A stretch of DNA of 62,995 nucleotides, filler included, from Octopus bimaculoides (Eukaryota), in the NCBI RefSeq assembly GCF_001194135.2. It is 7 parts of 6 records of this genome, joined end to end, with 100 filler letters (N's around TTAATTAATTAA, not from the genome) between each part and the next. Parts side by side here need not be neighbours in the genome. Positions count along the whole stretch, not along the records: positions 51,753 to 62,995 come from NC_068989.1; 6 more parts are not named here. The stretch is one strand, 5' to 3'. The translations under genes and the position numbers were made by a program. Of the stretch, positions 61,501 to 62,995 are shown one piece after another (positions within the stretch are counted from its first letter, which is position 1; every line of letters starts with the position of its first letter). Under the pieces are notes generated by a model. The model saw only the letters and a program-made list of their open reading frames with translations, searched no databases and was not told the DNA's origin.

Positions 61501-62654
61501 AGGTAGTTGACAATATTAAGATGTAAATTATACATCGAATTCTTTTAAAAAATTGTGTTCTTAAATTTATCAGATTGGTGTTATCGATATTTCTGAGAGG
61601 TTGACCATCGTCTGGCGTAGAGAGAAACACTGTATAAATAGTTAACGATTACAGTACCATGATAGAACCTAACTCTGGCGGATAAGTCGAACCCATATTG
61701 ATATCGAAACAAATATTGGATGCCTCTTTCATTCATATATTATTTCTATGAAAGACAATGGACTTTTAGCATGCAAAATTATTAGGAATTCAGAAATGAT
61801 TAAGCAACGATTTCAGCTGTCAACTTGTGAGCTGAATCATTAAACGTTATAATAACTGGCCTGGAATTACTCCATGAAGGTAAATGTCTCTACGCTGATG
61901 TATTTAGTCATATTTACACCCATTTTTTACGGATTAATTAGTCTTGTTGCTAGAGTCTTAACAGATTGAGGTAATTATCCTTAAAAGTGAGATTTTAATG
62001 CAAACGTTCTGCTCATTTTTTCTATTTATAAAAAAAGATACATTTTGCTTAGATATTTTTGTAGTGGTCGAATTAGACAGAAATTTCTAAGAAACTGGAT
62101 GGTTATTCTCGTCAAGATTCGAAGTTTTATCTGAAGATTTGAGAATTTTCTTTTCCTTTTTTTTTTTTTGTGTTAGTGGAGCACATGTCTAATTTAGGTC
62201 TTAAATTTCTCAAGTACTGGCTTATGTACATTTCCAATGTGATATTTCTAATCATTGGAACAGATCTTTTCAGACTGTTGTATAAGTATGTAGTAAGCAT
62301 TCATTCATTCCTAATCCGTAATTAGATTTCAGTTTCGTCGCTTAGGGATATTTCTAAATCATAAACGCCTTTCACTTCACTCTTTTATTGTATTGCTAAA
62401 TTCTTTGTATTAGACATATTGCCTAAAGAGGTTGTTGCCTAAAAATTTGATGAATGCGTGTGAATTTGTGTGTGTATGTGTGTGTTTGTTTCTTTGCGTG
62501 TGTGTGTGTGTGTGCGTGCGTGTTTGTTTGTGTGTGAGTATGTGTTTGTGTGCGCTTGTGCGCCGTGTGTATGCGTGCGTTCAGATACGCCAAATTTGGC
62601 GANNNNNNNNNNGCCGTGTGTATGCGTGCGTTCAGATACGCCAAATTTGGCGAC

Positions 62655-62880
62655 GATTCTTTTTTCTTTTACTTGTTTCAGTCATTTGACTGCGACCACG
62701 CTGGAGCACCGCCTTGAAGTGTTTCTGTTAGTGAAACAAATCGACCACAGGACTTACTTTTTTAAGCCTAGTACTTATTCTATCGGACTTTTTATCGAAC
62801 TGCTAAGTTTCGGGGACGTAAACATACCAACAGCGGCTGTCAAGCGGTGATGGGGCAACAAACATAGACACAAACACACA
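62655..62880 (-). mobile_element. SINE family A 3' half
   Basis: TTTTACTTGTTTCAGTCATTTGACTGCG...AAGCCTAGTACTTATTC...GTCAAGCGGTGATGGGG. Confidence 0.8.
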
Positions 62881-62901
62881 CACACACAAACACACATATA
62901 C

Positions 62902-62995
<94 letters not shown>

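Overview
Eukaryotic, AT-rich, microsatellite-saturated scaffold with many N gaps. The repeat families (tRNA-headed SINEs, RTE tails, the abundant CTAGAAATAGCAGCCAAATCTCCCTCAAATC repeat) resemble an octopus/cephalopod genome; this is recognition, not a search result. One protein-coding gene is well supported: a multi-exon plus-strand CCDC89-like coiled-coil gene with exons at 26393-26856, 33629-33762, 41105-41187 and 47091-47184. One internal exon probably lies in the 30379-30706 gap, and the first and last coding exons are not located. A weaker candidate minus-strand micro-exon gene of unknown product (10594-10517, 9028-8968, 3998-3941, 955->) may be transcribed head-to-head with it from about 20.8-21.0 kb. 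The rest is decayed mobile DNA: a Helitron helicase, a Penelope-like element, a Ty3/Gypsy element with two LTRs, mariners, a DD41D (rosa/Visitor-type) transposon, RTE fragments, five stacked R4/Dong-like 3' ends and many SINEs. I found no clear-cut new biological system. The best leads are a telomeric-repeat patch inside the Helitron ORF, a telomeric fold-back, a hammerhead-like core, the R4/Dong pile-up, a microhomology-flanked 126-bp copy and the uncharacterised micro-exon gene. Almost all ORFs in the supplied track are microsatellite or N-gap artefacts.
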